This document shows positions 20,023-31,937 of a stretch of DNA of 64,000 nt, in pieces. The position numbers were made by a program, and so were the translations under genes. Origin of the DNA: Vitrella brassicaformis CCMP3155. Taxonomy: Eukaryota; Protista; Chromerida. A model generated the notes under the pieces. It was not told the DNA's origin, made no database searches, and worked only from the letters and a program-made list of their open reading frames with translations. Positions within the stretch are counted from its first letter, which is position 1; each line of letters begins with the position of its first letter. The DNA lies in contig CDMY01000217.1 of the NCBI GenBank assembly GCA_001179505.1, positions 1 to 64,000 of the forward strand. Reading direction: 5' to 3'.

Positions 20023-22235
20023 TGAGCTATCCTGTCCTGTCTACTTCAAGGGCGCATCTGTACCGTCCGCTGCAGCTCGTGTGATGTGCTCCGACAGGCG
20101 GCTTCGGAACCGGCGGATCACCTTCGCGACCTGCCTGTCAGCACCAATTTCTGTCATCTTGTCCAGTGCGCCCGTCAGCAACGCGATGCTCTTCACACAC
20201 ACACACAGGCAGGTGGACAGGGAAATGGATTCTTCTCCTGTGTGTTTTTGGGTGTGCGTACGTGTGGCGCCAGGGAGGGCATCAGGAGGGTCAGCCGGTT
20301 CACCGCGGGGACCAGGAAAGACGGAGGCGCCAGGGACACTCGAGCAAGAGCGCACGTCTGCAAAAAGCCAACACACACACATCCACAGGCTCATTCAGAG
20401 TCTGTGTNNNNNNNNNNNNNNNNNNNNNNNNNNNNNNNNNNNNNNNNNNNNNNNNNNNNNNNNNNNNNNNNNNNNNNNNNNNNNNNNNNNNNNNNNNNNN
20501 NNNNNNNNNNNNNNNNNNNNNNNNNNNNNNNNNNNNNNNNNNNNNNNNNNNNNNNNNNNNNNNNNNNNNNNNNNNNNNNNNNNNNNNNNNNNNNNNNNNN
20601 NNNNNNNNNNNNNNNNNNNNNNNNNNNNNNNNNNNNNNNNNNNNNNNNNNNNNNNNNNNNNNNNNNNNNNNNNNNNNNNNNNNNNNNNNNNNNNNNNNNN
20701 NNNNNNNCTGTGCTGACTGACCATGGCGACTAGGTCCCTGCCGTCGCTCCGCCGGATGCAGCCCGTCGCACGCCAAATTAGCAGCTCCCACAGCCGAGCG
20801 TCCTTGTACCTGCATTCATTCGATCACGTGTATGTGTGTGGTGGGCGTGGCGTCCTCTGTCCGTCTGATCCATCCGTCCATATCAAACCACCTACCCACC
20901 CGAATTTGGCGTATGCGTTCATGATGATTGCGGTGGCTCTTGGAGAGAACGAGCAGAGAAACTCTTTCGACAGGCGAGAGGCCACCGTCTGTCACAGCAC
21001 ACACAAACGCATGTTTGTGTCTGTCTGTCTGTCTATGTCCTTGTGTGTGTGTCTGTCGGTCACTGCGACTGGCGGTGACCTGAAGCAGGTAGGTGTTCAT
21101 GATGATTACACGCGCAAAGGCATTCAGGGCCATCTACACACACACACACACGGACAGACAGACAGAGCAACAGACACAGGCAGGCAGACATACAGGTTGA
21201 TAGACACCATTTCTCTGTGTGGGTACTTTTTTACAACTCTCACCGATATGTGCTCCGGCGTCAGCGTGTCGATTTGCTGAACAATCACAGGAGCCAGGGC
21301 AAAGAAGACGGCCGCATCCCTGCGCTGCCAGCCACACATACACCCACACACACACATCCCTTCTCGCCCCATCATCAGTCATCTCATCCGACTCACGTCC
21401 GCCTTTGCAAAAGCGCAGAGCACCATGACGGCCTCATTGCAGCTCAGTCTGTCGCTCGCCAAGCACACATCACGAGCAAACCGCTCCCACTGCGCGCCAT
21501 CCTCCGTCCCCTCGGTCGCCGCCCTTTCTATATCCTTTACCAGCCTCTTCGTCACGGAAATGGCCTTCGGGTGCTGTTGATGCTGCTGCTCTTGTTGGTG
21601 CTGGTGGGCTGGGTGCGTCGTATCTGCCGCTGCTGTCCATCCTGAACCACCGCACATCCCACTCCGAGGAGCCATGATGGGTGGGCGAGCAAGCTATGAT
21701 TGTCCCTCCCCCCCTCTCTCCTTGTGCACCCACCTCTGTCTTGGCGGCCTTCTTCACAGGCGACCCATTTTTGCCCACTGGATGCACCTGGCACGCACAT
21801 GGACATACACAGAAGAGCCAATCCATAGGCACACAATCATTCAGTGCCTGCATCAGTGACCCGCCGTACCCCGTTCTGCAAGGGCCGCTTCACCACGTCG
21901 TTCGGCTGTGATGGCGGATGTTTGCCTGGCATCGGTGCGGCTGTGGTGGTCGCTGCTTGTGGCTTGCCATGGTGCTTCTTGCTCTTGGCACATCGGCCAT
22001 GGTACTTGCCCTCCTCTGTCCAGTCCAACCAACACATCCCGACAAACGGCAGATCTGTCTGTGTGTCCGCCTGTTTGTTGCTTCGTGGCCACCTGTGACG
22101 CATAAGTTGTGATTCATGCTCATCGTTGCGAGGGCGCTTTGATGATTTGCGACCAATGCGAGGAGCTGCGGCGTTAAAGTTGCGTAGATGCAGGTGACAC
22201 TGGGGCACTCGGCGAGTGCAGGGAAAGAGAAACAT
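19957..22235 (-). CDS. Heptatricopeptide-repeat (HPR) protein, probably an organellar RNA-binding protein; multi-exon
   Basis: The spliced product has AFAKA, AFARV, AYAKF, ALARV and ALDKM motifs spaced 37, 38, 37 and 37 aa apart (e.g. LTPEHISMALNAFARV, FSPRATAIIMNAYAKFG). The Arg/Ser-rich, acid-poor N-terminus MFLFPCTRRVPQCHLHLRNFNAAAPRIGRK looks like a targeting peptide. GT-AG introns throughout. Confidence 0.8.
20408..20707. other. Assembly gap (300 N)
   Basis: Run of N. The other four gaps are at 54700-54999, 56572-56871, 57423-57722 and 58408-58707, each exactly 300 N. Confidence 0.99.
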
Positions 22236-22322
22236 CCGAGGAGATCTGCACTTCAAGCTCGCATTTGCGAGGGCGTTGTCAGAGGCGATTTTGGCTTCGT
22301 TGGTTTGGTTTGTGTGAGAGAG

Positions 22323-22784
22323 ATGTACCCCACGACGAGGGACGCAGGCAGAGGTGAGAACAATCCACACGCAAACCACCCTTCGTTTCTCATGCCCACG
22401 GCCGGATGGATGGATGGATGCCCCTCTCCTCCCCTCTCCCCATGCACTGATGCAGACCGTTTGTCCAACCAGCCGTACCTGGGGCCGATGCCGTCCAAGC
22501 CCACACCAGAAGGCGGCCTCGGCATGGGCGGTACAAAGGACATGGATGCACCGGTTCCCATGATGCATTGCTATAGTTCGTTTCCCTTTCCCCATCTCTC
22601 TCTCTCTCTCTCTCTCTCTATCTCATGGACAGGTGTGCATCAGTACGTTGGCGGTTCGCAGCAGGTGTATGGTGTTAGCGGTGTTGGTGTTGGTGCCGCC
22701 GGTGGTGCTGGTGCTGCTGGTGGTGGTGGGTATGCGGCGGGGCCGCCCAGCAGCGTGTCGATGATGTATGGGCCGCACCAGCAC

Positions 22785-22821
<37 letters not shown>

Positions 22822-23787
22822 TGGGCAAGCCGACGGGTAGGTGGGTGGGAAAGAGCCATTGATGCATCCAGCCGCACACACAGACGTGCCTTATGTGTGG
22901 CCTTCTGGGTGTGGTGGGGTGCGTGTGGGTTTTGCAGGTGGTTTGGGCATGGGTATCTATGACAGAGGTGGGCGAGGCAGCAAAAAAAGGAAAGAGAGAG
23001 AGGGGGAGTTCGTGTGGTGTGTGTGTGTGGTGTGTGTGGCTCCGTACGTCTGTGACTCTGTGTGTGTCAGTTGCGTCTCCTCCGGCGTCGTCCTTCGCTC
23101 TGAGAGGCGGCTATGGGCAGCAGACACAGACACAGACCGAGGGCATCAGAGGTCGGCGCATCCACACACACACGTGTTCAGACAAACTCTCCTCTTTGTC
23201 TGTGTCTGTGTCTGTGTCTTTGTGTGTGTGTGTGGTTTGGCAGGTGTGTCGGGCCCCCCTGGCCCCTCTGGCTACTCGATGCCCCTCTACTACACCAAAG
23301 ACACTGCACCGGTCGGTACACACATCCCGTCTTCACACACACATCCATCTGCACGTCAGCCGCCTGTCCGTCTGCCTGTCTGCCTGTCTGTGTGTCAACA
23401 ACACACACAGGGCCCATCGTACGTCAGTTCTGGCGAGTGGCAGTACCGACCTGTGCAGCGTCCGGTGCTCGGTACCAGCCAATGATTGGCTTTGTGGACG
23501 AGGAGGGAGGGGCTCGCGCATCCCCGTGTGTGTGATGTGTGTGTGTGCAGGTGCGCAGACGTCGCCGGCCGTCGAGACTGAGGGCGGCGGCAGGTACGGC
23601 CCGGCGTATGCCGTCCCATGGCAGGCGCGATCTAACGCTGACAAATCACCTGTCAAATATGCCGGTGGGTGAGCGATGCAATGAACACGTCTCTGATGGA
23701 TGGGATGGATGGATGGATGTGTTGACGTCTGCAGGTTTCCTGCCTTTGGAGGGGCCGTACCAGGACGACAGCTGCCGCATCGGATAA
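22323..23787 (+). CDS. Hypothetical low-complexity (G/P/Q/Y-rich) multi-exon protein
   Basis: Exon-like blocks between microsatellite introns: MYPTTRDAGR, DRLSNQPYLGPMPSKP, VHQYVGGSQQVYG...QQQQMGKPT, SGPPGPSGYSMPLYYTKD, GFLPLEGPYQDDSCRIG*. Ends approximate. Confidence 0.5.
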
Positions 23788-24064
23788 GTAGCTGATGATA
23801 ATACTGACACACACACACACATGCACACCCACCTGTGTGTGCGTGATATCCACCCCGCCACCCACCTTTGCGTGTACAGTGTGTAGACGGCCGTCCTCTC
23901 CTTTTGCATGAGCGTGTGTGACGATGGATGGATGGATGGATGTGTGTCTGTCTGTCTGTCTGTGTGTGTGCGTGTGACTTTGATCGCGCAGAGATGGTGT
24001 CTGGGTGACAGAGAAGGCCGACATACATACAGCGATTGAGTGGGTGTGTGTATGTGACCCATCC

Positions 24065-24135
24065 CCGCCGTGTCACCCCCGAATGCCGCCGTGTCACCCC
24101 CGAATGCCGCCGTGTCACCCCCGAATGCCGCCGTG
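24065..24135. repeat. 21-bp tandem repeat (3 full copies plus a partial)
   Basis: Unit ccgccgtgtcacccccgaatg. Confidence 0.95.
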
Positions 24136-24333
24136 CTTCCCTTCCCCCTTGCTGTCTGGCGCTGCCGGCAGTGCGTACAGATGGGGGCACTCAGATAGCG
24201 ACAGCTACCATTCATGCACACGTCCATTTGATGCGCGTGTTGCGGCATTCATTCATGTCCATGAATATCCTGCTTGTCGATCAAGTCGCCAAACACATGC
24301 AACGGACATGTATTGATTCGCCGTCCGCGTCGG

Positions 24334-24890
24334 TCATTTGCACCTCGGCATGCACCTCGGGCACTGGTCCTTGCTGGGGCTGAGGTGGTGGAGTCGGCTC
24401 AACCCATACATGCGCTGAACGAGAAGGCCGCTCTTGTGCTCATCCCTGTCACCACCTATGGACACACACAACAACAGCACGATGACGCGCCATCTTGGAT
24501 GATGCCTTTGTGTATGGGGGTGTTTGCTCTCCATGGGTATACGCACCTGCGGCGTGCTGCTGTGCTCGGGCGTCGCCCTCATCGCCAGACAGTCCCTCCA
24601 AACCCTCAGAATCAAGCTGCATAACCCACACACACCGACACAGAGGGAATCGAACGTTGGAGAGAGCGGTTCCCGTTGATTGAGATCAGACTCACACAGA
24701 GAGCTGCAGGGACGACAGACACATAGACACTGACCAACCTACAAGCGACGGACGAGCGGCCGATGGTTCAATCCCTCGCCTTTGTCCGCAAACCAACACC
24801 AATGCCCGCCATTTCCCGACCCCCCACACGCCCGCTCTCATTGCAGGAAAGCTCCCCACAGGCGTCTGCCGCTGCAGCAATGTCATCCAC
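24334..24890 (-). CDS. Small hypothetical spliced protein
   Basis: Exons LDSEGLEGLSGDEGDARAQQHAA and GGDRDEHKSGLLVQRMYGLSRLHHLSPSKDQCPRCMPRCK* join in phase through a GT-AG intron. Start uncertain. Confidence 0.35.
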
Positions 24891-25063
24891 GCTGATTCCC
24901 ATTCATCCGATCCCCTTTCCGTCGATCGGCCTCGTGCGAGCTTGAAGTTGCTTGCAGATCGTCATAACGCCCCTCATCTACAGCAGCAGCCGCCTGTGGA
25001 TGCGTAGATCTGTGTGTGTGAGGCCCACATCAGATCAGATCTGATCAGGTCAGGTCAGCTGTC

Positions 25064-25814
25064 ATGAGCACCCTCTTGCCACAGCGGCTTGGCGTTGCTG
25101 CTGTGGCTGTGAGGAGTCTGAGAAGAGCACCAGCAGCACCAGGTAGGTGCCCACACAAAGGACTGACACAGACACGCAATCTCTGTCTGTCTGTCTGTGC
25201 AGGGCACCAGCTTCATCAGCAGCTTCGCTTCTTGAGTCTGCAGGAGTATCAGTCGAAGGACCTCCTTAGGCGATATGGCATCAACGTGCAGAAGGGTCAG
25301 TGAGTCGGCCGAGAGGAGGAAACTTTCTTGGTCGCTCTCATTTCGTTGCCTTGCGTATCGTTGCATTGCGTCCACAGGCGCCGTTGCCAGCACGGCTGAC
25401 GAGGCTTTTGCCGGTAGGTCCGTCCGCACAACCAACGCACACAGACACACACAGAGAGGCAGACACGTGTGTGTGTGTGTGTCAGTTGCCGACCGCCTGA
25501 AGCGAGAGGGCGCCACTGATCTCATCCTCAAGTGTCAGATATTGGCGGGCGGCCGGGGGAAGGGCACACTCACGAGTGGGCTCAGGGGCGGCGTCAAGAT
25601 CTGCTCCACGTAGGCAGCGGCAGAGCACACACCATCGCTGCCGCTGCCTGTGTGTCTGTGTGTCTGTGTTGTGTGTTGATTTGCGCACATGTGTGTGGGT
25701 GTGGGTGTGGGTGTGTGTGGGTGTGTGCAGGCCGACAGAGGTGCGCGACTTCGCCAAAGACATGATTGGCTACCGACTGATCACACAGCAGACTGACGAA
25801 CTCGTAAGCGCACA

Positions 25815-25850
<36 letters not shown>

Positions 25851-26670
25851 TAGAGAGAAGGGAAGGCATCTCTGTCTGTCTGTCTGTCTGTGCCCAGGGT
25901 GAGGAGGTCAACAAGGTGCTGGTGCATGAGGGCGTCAACATCGTCAAGGAGCTCTACCTGGCCATCGTCCTCGACCGCTCGTACGCCTCGCCCGTCATCG
26001 TGGCCAGCACACAGGGCGGCATGGACATCGAACAGGTCGCCGAGACCGACCCTGACGCCATCCACGTGGTACGGTACCAGTCATGGCTCTCGCCCCTCAC
26101 ACACACACATGGATGGATGGATGGATGCTTTGCGTGTTCTGGTCGTCAGCGGCCGATTGACATCGATACTGGCGTGTCCGACAATGACGCGCGAGCCATC
26201 GCGCTTGCTCTCGGCTTCGACGACTCGTGTGTGCCAAAGGTCGGTCAGCCACCCACCAATCCCTGACACACGTGACACGAGTGTGCGTGTGTGTGTGGTG
26301 GGAGTTTAGGTGTCGCAGCAGCTCAAGCGGCTCTACGAGCTGTTTGTGGCGTGCGACGCCACGCAGGTGGAGATCAACCCTTTCGCCATTACTGACGTGG
26401 CGCCCGATGCCGTCATGTGTGTGGATGCCAAGATCGCCTTCGACGACTCGGCCAAGTACCGGCAGCAGGAGCTCTTCTCGATGGAAGGTGCCTGCCTCAG
26501 TGTGTGTGGGGGGGGGGGGCTTGCGGCAGTGCATCGACCTGTCTGTGTGTCTGTGTTGGTGGCAGATGAGTCGCTGATGGACCCTAGGGAAGCTGCCGCA
26601 CACAAGGCTGGTATGGCACACACACACAGAGAGGCATGCAATCGGACCTCTCAGCCAGGGTGAGAAGGGC

Positions 26671-26701
<31 letters not shown>

Positions 26702-27330
26702 CAGGTCTGAACTACATCGGCCTTGACGGCAACATTGGCTGCCTCGGTACCTGTCGACACACCCACACACATCGACACACACATCCATCCATCCATCCAC
26801 TATCTCATTCTCTCATTCAGTCAACGGCGCTGGGCTCGCCATGGCCACCATGGACATCATCAAATTGGTACCTACCACACACACACACAGTCACCCAACA
26901 CACACGCCCCCATGTGTGTATCTGTGTGTTTGTGTGTGTGGTTATGAACTGAAAAGCACGGCGGCTCCCCGGCGAACTTTCTCGACGTCGGCGGTGCGCA
27001 GACAGATACCCTTACACACAACACACAGCACACACATACACGAGAGGGCGTCTCTGTGTGTGTGTGCGTGTGTAGGTGGCGCCAACCGCCAGCAGGTGGC
27101 TGAGGCCTTCCGCATCCTGCAGGCTGACGATAAGGTCCACTGACACATCCGTCCATCCATGTGTGTGTTTCCATCTGTGTATGTGTGTGTGTGTGTGTGT
27201 GTGGACAGGTTCGTTCGATCCTGGTCAACATCTTCGGCGGCATTATGCGGTGCGACCTCATTGCGGAGGGGATTGTGCAGGCCGCCGAAGAGGTAGGGCA
27301 GATCTCTCACACACACCACACAGTCTCCCC

Positions 27331-27363
<33 letters not shown>

Positions 27364-27728
27364 TGTGTGTCTCAGGTAGAGCTGAAGATCCCTCTCGTCG
27401 TGCGGCTGAACGGTGCGCACGCTTCTTTCTTTGCCCATTTGCTTTGTGTGTGCATTTGGTGCGTGTGTGGTGTGGTGTGGTGTGTGTGGTGTGTGCAGGG
27501 ACGAATGTCGAGAAGGGCCGGAGGATCATCGCCGAGAGGATGGTCAACACAGACAAAAAGATCGACATCCAGGCAAGTCAAATCAAGCCTCCCACACAGA
27601 CACACACACACACACATCTCTCTCTCACTCTCTCTCTCTCTGTGTGTGTGTGTGTGACTAAGGTGATTGACGACTTTGAGGAGGCCGCCAAGGCCGCGTG
27701 CGCCACCATCCAGTCAGACGTGACATGA
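25064..27728 (+). CDS. sucC: Succinyl-CoA ligase beta subunit, mitochondrial; multi-exon
   Basis: [98 protein letters not shown]. Basic presequence [21 protein letters not shown]. Confidence 0.95.
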
Positions 27729-28361
27729 GAAGAACTACGATCCATGCCTGTGTGTGGGTGGGTGTAGGTGCGTGTTGCTATCCAACTAAGCCATACAGTG
27801 CACTAGAGCAGACACACTAGGCCGTCCATCCACACCTACACACCTATGTCTGTCTGTCTGTCTTTATGTCCATGAGGACGTGATGAGCTGAGAGATTTTT
27901 CACCCCCTGTCTGTCGGTCGGTCTGCCTGTCTGTCTGGGCGAGCCTGCCTGGCTTCAGTGTACAGTTTGTGTCTGAGTATTTTTCCCTACGGGACGAGTC
28001 TGTGTTTGTGTCAATTTCCTCCTCTCGACGTTCTTCTCTACGAGTGGTGCGTGTGGATGTAGGTGTAGAGACGGACAGACAGACGGTGGATACTTGGTGC
28101 TGATCATCAACAAGATAGATAGATGTGTTGATCCATGCGGAGAGCGACCGATGGCCGTGGGCGCCTCGCGTCGCATCGTCCCATAATCTGTCACTCACGT
28201 AAAGGTGTGATGGACAGACAAACCCCCCCCACCCCACGCACCCACCCCGCCAGCCAGCCAGCCATTCACACCCACTCCCACTGCACAAAGGCCCCGGTTT
28301 GTTGTCAAAGCTTGTTCTCCTATGCCATACCAACATACAAAGACACACGCGCATTTGTCAA

Positions 28362-28861
28362 TCAACGTGTTTGTGGGCATTCATGGTGTTGCGTGTGTGT
28401 CCTGCCTCTGCCTGCCTGGATGAGTTTCTCCCTCTCGCCGAAGTCCTTTGGGAAGGGCACGGTGGGCTCCTTGATGCTGACGTCACGCTTCAGCCGCTTC
28501 TCGTACTCGGCTAAATGACATGACACACAACATGTCGACATGTCGACACAGACAGACAGACCGACCGACCGACAGACAGACGGGCATCCGACACACACGC
28601 CTCCCTCCCTTTCTCTCTGTCAGCCGGTCTGTGTGCTCTCTCTCTCTGTCTGTCTGTCTGTCTGTCTGTCTGTTGGGTGAGCTCACCCACCTAGTTTTTC
28701 GTCTTGCTTCTCTCGTATTTCTCTCCAGAACTCCCGCTGCCGGATGTCCCGCTCAGCAGCTTTCTGGCCCTCATTCACCTGACAGACACACCGATCCGAT
28801 CATGGCGGCTGATTGACTGATTGACTGATTGACTGATGTGTGTAGAGCCTCTACGTGCCCC

Positions 28862-28894
<33 letters not shown>

Positions 28895-29127
28895 TGTGCG
28901 TGGCCGCCCACTGTCCACCCGACCGACCCACCGTGTAGACGTTGTAGAACCCCGTTTTACACAAAACGTACTCATAGCCCATCCTGGCACACAGAATGAA
29001 ATGGCTTGATGGCTTGATGGCTGTGTGTCGTTCATTACATCATTTACCCGCAGAGGAACATGATACCCATGAGGATGGGCAGCTTCTTGTTGACGCTCAC
29101 GTATGGCAGGCTCAGCTTGCCCTCCAT
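28362..29127 (-). CDS. Small single-TM protein, SMIM4/UQCC5 (UPF0640)-like
   Basis: Spliced reading MEGKLSLPYVSVNKKLPILMGIMFLCGMGYEYVLCKTGFYNVYTVNEGQKAAERDIRQREFW... The LP.....G..E....K.GFY pattern matches UPF0640 as recalled. 3' end uncertain. Confidence 0.55.
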
Positions 29128-29476
29128 GGATGGCAGAGAGGGCAGCTAGGCAGATCACTCACTCAGTGGCGGGCAGCAGCCGCTGGATCTTGATATATCT
29201 GCAGCACACACACACACATCGACTGTGTCGCTCCGGCGGTCCGGCGGTGCAGCAGGAGCTCTTTCACCTTCATGCCTTTACGCTTCCATCCTCACTCCGA
29301 AACGGCGGTCTCTGCGTCTGCGAGCTAAGCCGCATTCGCAGGGAAGATCTTCCTCGGTGTTCGTTCTCTTTGACGACAGAGAGAGATTACGCGCTTCGCT
29401 GCGTCGTGCTGCGAGTCATTAATTTGGCGTTGTGCGAATCAATCTCTCTCTTTTTGGGAGAAAGAAGGATAGAGAG

Positions 29477-29518
29477 ATGGAGGCCGGCACGTCTGCCGCA
29501 TCTCCCTCTGAGCCGCCG

Positions 29519-29550
<32 letters not shown>

Positions 29551-29648
29551 ATCGAGTCCGGCCCAGAGGGAGAGGGAGAGGGATACCATCTCGCTGGATG
29601 AGTTCAGGCGGCTGCAGGTCTGTGAGGGAGTGAGGGAGTGAGGTGCCA

Positions 29649-29680
<32 letters not shown>

Positions 29681-31394
29681 TAGGACAGATCAGCGGAATG
29701 GCATCCATCCATCTCATCTCTCTCTGTCTGTGTGTCTGTCTGTTTGTCTGTCTGTCGGTGTCTGTCTGTCTGTCTGTGTGAAATGGTGCAGCAACAACTG
29801 CTGGAGCTGAAGGTGGGTTACAGAGTGTGGAGTGTGTGGGTGGTTGGTTGGCATCTGCTGCGCCTGTGTGTGTGTGTCCATCATCATCATCTCTCTCTCT
29901 CTCTCTTTCTCTTTGTCTGTCTGTGTGTGTGTGTGTGTGTCTGTATGTTAGGCGGCAAACTATGCGCTCGAGGAGCGGTGCGTCAAGCTGCAGCAGGATA
30001 ATGTCAGCTTCGGCTCACAAGGTCCATCACGCCACACACACACACACACACAAGCACACGAACACACACACATATGCCGCTCTGTCTGTCTGTCTGTCTG
30101 TGTGTGTGTAGCTGGCAAGTTCTTCCACCGCCTGACGCCCAAGAAGCTGCAGCAGCAGCAGCAGCAGCTCTTGCAGATGGACACTGAGCCAATGGTCGGT
30201 CTGATGTCTGTCTGTCTGTCTGCACGTCACTGTGTGCGTCTGTGTGTGTGTGTATGTGTGTGTGTGCGCAGCAGCAAAACGAGTCCTCCCTGCAGGCCGA
30301 GATCTCTTCTCTGCGCGGCCAGCTGAGCTCGCTCAAGACGGTACGGTACACACACACACAGAGAGAGAGAGAGAGAGGTGTCTGTGTGTGTTACGGGTGA
30401 CTGACCTGCAGGCCTATGAGCAGGTTGTGTCTGAGAAGGAGAAGATGGTCGAGCAGGCCGAAGAGCTCTACAAGGTACACACACACACACAAACACACCA
30501 GACACACACACACGCACTCTCTCTCTCTGTCTCTCTCTCTCTGTCTTCAGGAGCAGGAGACCGCCCTCCGCACGACCCTCAAGGAGTACTACGAGCAGAC
30601 TCAAGCCGAAAAGGAGAAGGAGAGAGAGAGGCAGCAGCAGCAGCAGCAGCAGCAGCATGACGATGACCATGAGCATGAAGCCCCCCCAGCAGCAGCAGCA
30701 GCAGCATCGTTCGACCGCCTGCTGGCAGCCATCAAGGACAAGTACGGTTGCCCGACTCCACACACACACACACACACACCTCTCTCTCTGTGTGTGGTGT
30801 GTATGTGTAGGGTGACTCCTGAGGCGTTGAAGGCATTTCTAGACGAGAGAAAGAGAGAGAAACAGTGCACGACTGAGACTGATACGGCAGAAGGTGCGCT
30901 CGCTGACACACACACATGCAGTCCATCCATCCCTCTCTGTGTGTGTCTGTGTGTGTGTGGACAGAGGCGTCAGAGGAAGAATCCGCACCGCCAGCCACAG
31001 TCACAGACACACAAGAAGGTCTGCACCCACACCCACACACACAGGCAAACACACACACGGGCGTGATTCTGTGTGTGTGTGCAGAAGATACTGTGTCTTG
31101 GGTGTTGGAGGGTCTCTACGCCCTGCTGACTGAGCACTTGCAGACAGAGATGCAGCAGACAGAGAGAGAGGCCCCACAGCCACCACAGCTCCATCCAGCG
31201 AGAGCTTCCACCGACACCACTCTGCAGGCACCTACACACACGACAAGCGACACACGAATGCCTCAGCCCCCTCTCTCTCTGTCTGTGTCTCTGTCTGTGT
31301 GTGTGCAGATGAGCGAGTCGGAGGGCGGTGGTGTGTCCGATGAGGCCTCGGAGACGCAAAAGCGGTTTTTGACGAAGATTCAGAGGCAGCAGGT

Positions 31395-31428
<34 letters not shown>

Positions 31429-31898
31429 GGAGAAAGGGAGAGGGAGAGTGGCTTCCCTGCCAGCAAACCACGCGCGCGCACACACACAAATGTGTGTATG
31501 TGTGTGTGTGTGTGTCCGTAGATGGAGCTCGACACACTGAGGGAGACCGTCGACCGCCAGACGCTCCAAATCCAGCAGTGAGTCCACAGCCCCCACACAC
31601 CGCACACACACGTCCATCCCTTCCTCCATCCATCCCTCTCCCTCTCTGTGTGTGTGACACACACACGACCAGGTTGACCATGCAAGTCACCGAGTACAAG
31701 ACAAGCGAGGGCCACAATGTCGCCCAGAAGGTGCGCAGACACACACACACACAGAGACAGAAAGAGAGAGAGTGTGTGTGTGTGTGTAGTTGGAGGATCT
31801 CCGCACGCGCGAGGCGGCTTTGGAGAAGCAGAGAACGATGCTCATGCAGAGACTAGGTGGGTAGAGGTGTGTTGTCCATGTGTGTCTCGACTGCACTA

Positions 31899-31937
<39 letters not shown>

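Noticed and set aside
18217-21280. Plus-strand ORFs starting MATRSLPSLRR (18217 and 20723)
   Set aside because: They are antisense shadows of the HPR exons. The minus strand has the splice sites and the repeat periodicity, and a between-copy change is synonymous there but nonsense on the plus strand.
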